Origin: Antechinus flavipes
Taxonomy: Eukaryota
Direction of reading: 5' to 3'
NCBI RefSeq assembly: GCF_016432865.1
Contig: NC_067400.1
Coordinates: forward strand, 442,680,001-442,744,000
DNA length: 64,000 nt
In this document: positions 61,301 to 64,000 of the stretch, piece after piece
Layout: each line of letters starts with the position of its first letter
Position numbering within the stretch: position 1 is the first letter of the stretch
Made by a program: the position numbers and the translations under genes
The notes under the pieces: model-generated
What the model saw: the letters and a program-made list of their open reading frames with translations, nothing else
Databases searched by the model: none
Told to the model about the DNA's origin: nothing

Positions 61301-64000
61301 ATTAGAATAGGGAAATTTGTTAGCTAGAGAGTAGACTAAATGACCTCTTAAGATCCTTTCTAGTTTTAAATCCATTATCTGATGAGTCCCACCATACCCT
61401 CACAAGCTTTTTGTGCAATTTCCTAACATGGAACTCTAGAAAAAATTTCCCAAGAAATATTATCATATTCCTAGAGAGTATAACAAAAGATAGAAGGAAT
61501 TTCTGATAGTTGAGAGCTGACCTGAAGGAGTAAGAAGAAGTAGAAGAGCAAAAGAGCCAGTCAAAATGATGTGTTGATTTTTAAAGTCTTCGTAATTGGA
61601 TTTGGGACTAATAGTGCTCTATTTTTCCTTAAGTGAGCTTCAGCCCTTCCTGTCATGAAGAGCTTACTAGCTGCTACTCCCAAGCAGATGGTAGCAAAGA
61701 GAAGCAGATGGTCCTGAAACGTTTGAGGACCAGCATGTTGTAGCAGAAAGCACCTTAGCAACCACAAAATCATCAGAGGTACCCAGAAGAGAGTAGATAC
61801 CACATTCAGCAGAGACACAGAGAAAGCATGATGACATCAGTAGCATATGCATAGGGTCAGAGGTGTGATTTACTTCAGTTACATATGTCCCTGACCACAT
61901 GTATACCCCATTCAAGCATGTTCCATGACATAACCCATATATGTGTGTGCCTTTCATTCAAGTTTCACAGACACATGTTTCTTTATATTTTTGCCCTCCC
62001 CTAACATTGTAATGGTCATCTGTGCAACAGAATATGCTATGTATGCATGTATGAAATATTTTCTTCTCACTTAATTTGTCACACCATTTGATTAAAAAGC
62101 TTTTGCTTTGAAGCAATTTATCTTTTATTTAGTTAACAAAAGTAAAAAAAAAACACACACATACACATGAGGGGATTCATAAGCTATATGAATAAGCTTT
62201 AAAGTATAAAAGGATTCAATAATGGAGCCACTTTCTAGAGATCCAGATGTGAAAGGGTTCCTAAATATCACACATAATTTATCTCCTATCTGTATTCTTG
62301 CCTTCCTTTAAGACTCAAAATCTTTCCTTATTACTCCAGCTATAAATGCCTTTTCTCTTTCTTCAAACTGCATTGTAGATGCCTATTTTATGCTTCTATA
62401 ACTCTCTAGTATCTACAGGGCCAAGGTTCAAGTGATATATACAGTAGGCACTTAATGAATGATTATTGGATTGAATTGAACAGTTGCACAACACCGTAAA
62501 TTTTACAGATTTGGAAATCAAGGCTCAGAGGGTCTTAGCCAAATGCCATATAACAAATAAGTTCTGGGATCGGGATCAGAATCTAGGTCTTTGGTTCCTA
62601 GTATAGGATTCGTTCCTATATATCATAGTTACACAACTCTGGAGCCCAATTTATAGATTGGACCTAGACATTTGTTAATGAAAATAACTAATTTTATAAA
62701 CTACTTTGAAATTTTTAACATGTGCTACATTCACTTTCTCACTTGGGCCCCATAATAACCCTATGAGGTAGGGGGTTTTTTGTTTTGTTTTGGTGGAAAT
62801 GTTGCAATGGTGTTTTGCAGAAGAGAATAATAAAACCATCAATTTCACTAGTGCAGAGAGTTAGTAATAAGAAAGTCAGCCTAGAGGTTGCAACTAATAA
62901 GTTTAGAACATTATATAGTCCACTGAAAATTTAAGTTACTTGTTCAAGGCAAGAGAAGAGGCCAGATGCTGGACTTAAATACAGGTTTTTCTGACTCCAA
63001 CTGCAATTCTTTATTCACTCTGTGATGCTTATTGCCTCTCAAGTTACCATAGGTGAGATAGATTGCTATAAATATTATCATACTCATTTTATAGAAATGG
63101 AAGTTGGCTGTGGTACCCATAGCCAGCAAGTAAGAGGTAGGGTTTGAATCCAGGTTTTGCTTCTTAACTCCAAGGCTACCATTCTATTAGCGCTATCCCA
63201 TTGTATCTCAGCATAGACTCTATCCATCTAAATGAATAAATCAGGAGAGTAAGAAGATTCTTCCTTTTTATATATCCTCTCTTCAGAATACTAAAACAGA
63301 GAGGGAGTTTTAATGGGAGGTACTTGATTTTAAAAGCTATAATTTCTAATTATTAGCCTTCCTTAAAAAGTTAGTAGAAGGGGAGTCAATAAGAGCAGCC
63401 AAATAGACCTGAGAAGACAGGAACAGTTCACATAGGGGAGAATAATGAACCATCCCTCCCACACCTACTCTAGAGGTGTTAATGAGAGTGACATGGCCAA
63501 ACAGTAGAGAGGACCAAAGGAAGGACCAAAGAAAGAGCAAAGAAAAGTCAAAGTTCTGGATAATTCATAAATTTAGTAATCATGCCCTTAACAATTGAAA
63601 TTTAACTATAAATTGCAAAAAAATTATATATATATATATATATCCCAAACATTGTCATTGCTCATATATATTGTTCATGTTCAAATACTAGAAGCTATCA
63701 TTCTAAGCTTAATGCATAATTTTCCCTAACTGCATTAGTGTTCTGCCTTTGTTCAATTACGATGTTTTGTCACCAGAATATTAACCATAACTTGCTATGA
63801 AAGGACAAATTTATGTTTGTCAAAAATATTCTGCTGTGTCATGGAAAAATGCAAATGATAAATTTTTTCATATTAATGGCAGTTATCCAAATCTCTTTTT
63901 CATAAATAACATAGCACTGATTACTTCAAGCCTCAGAACAACACAAACTTTCCTTAATGAAACTCAATCAGTTGAAAAAAAGCGACATAACTATTTATAC

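Overview
AT-rich, CpG-depleted mammalian DNA. The repeat content (WSINE1, MAR1/MIR CORE-SINEs, L2, RTE, marsupial L1 3' ends) points to a marsupial, probably a dasyurid. I found no recognisable host protein-coding exon, so the window is intronic or intergenic. It has one 133-N assembly gap (41107-41239). The only credible long ORF is a 556-aa betaretrovirus-like Gag (46084-47754) inside a compact 3.1-kb provirus (45543-48649). That provirus has 359-bp LTRs differing at one base, a 6-bp TSD, a Lys-like PBS and a PPT. It has no pro, RT or env, only a frameshifted, stop-containing integrase C-terminal remnant. An intact Gag beside a decayed pol remnant in a very young insertion is the most interesting observation. 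Second, three independent ~0.5-kb L1 3'-end insertions, each with its own TSD, begin within ~13 nt of the same L1 position. The window also holds two clear ERV2-type solo LTRs and one probable solo LTR, a hAT MITE, a nested L1, a poly(A)-only TPRT insertion and several small local duplications. Repeat family names come from recalled consensus features, not database searches. Coordinates of old repeats are approximate.
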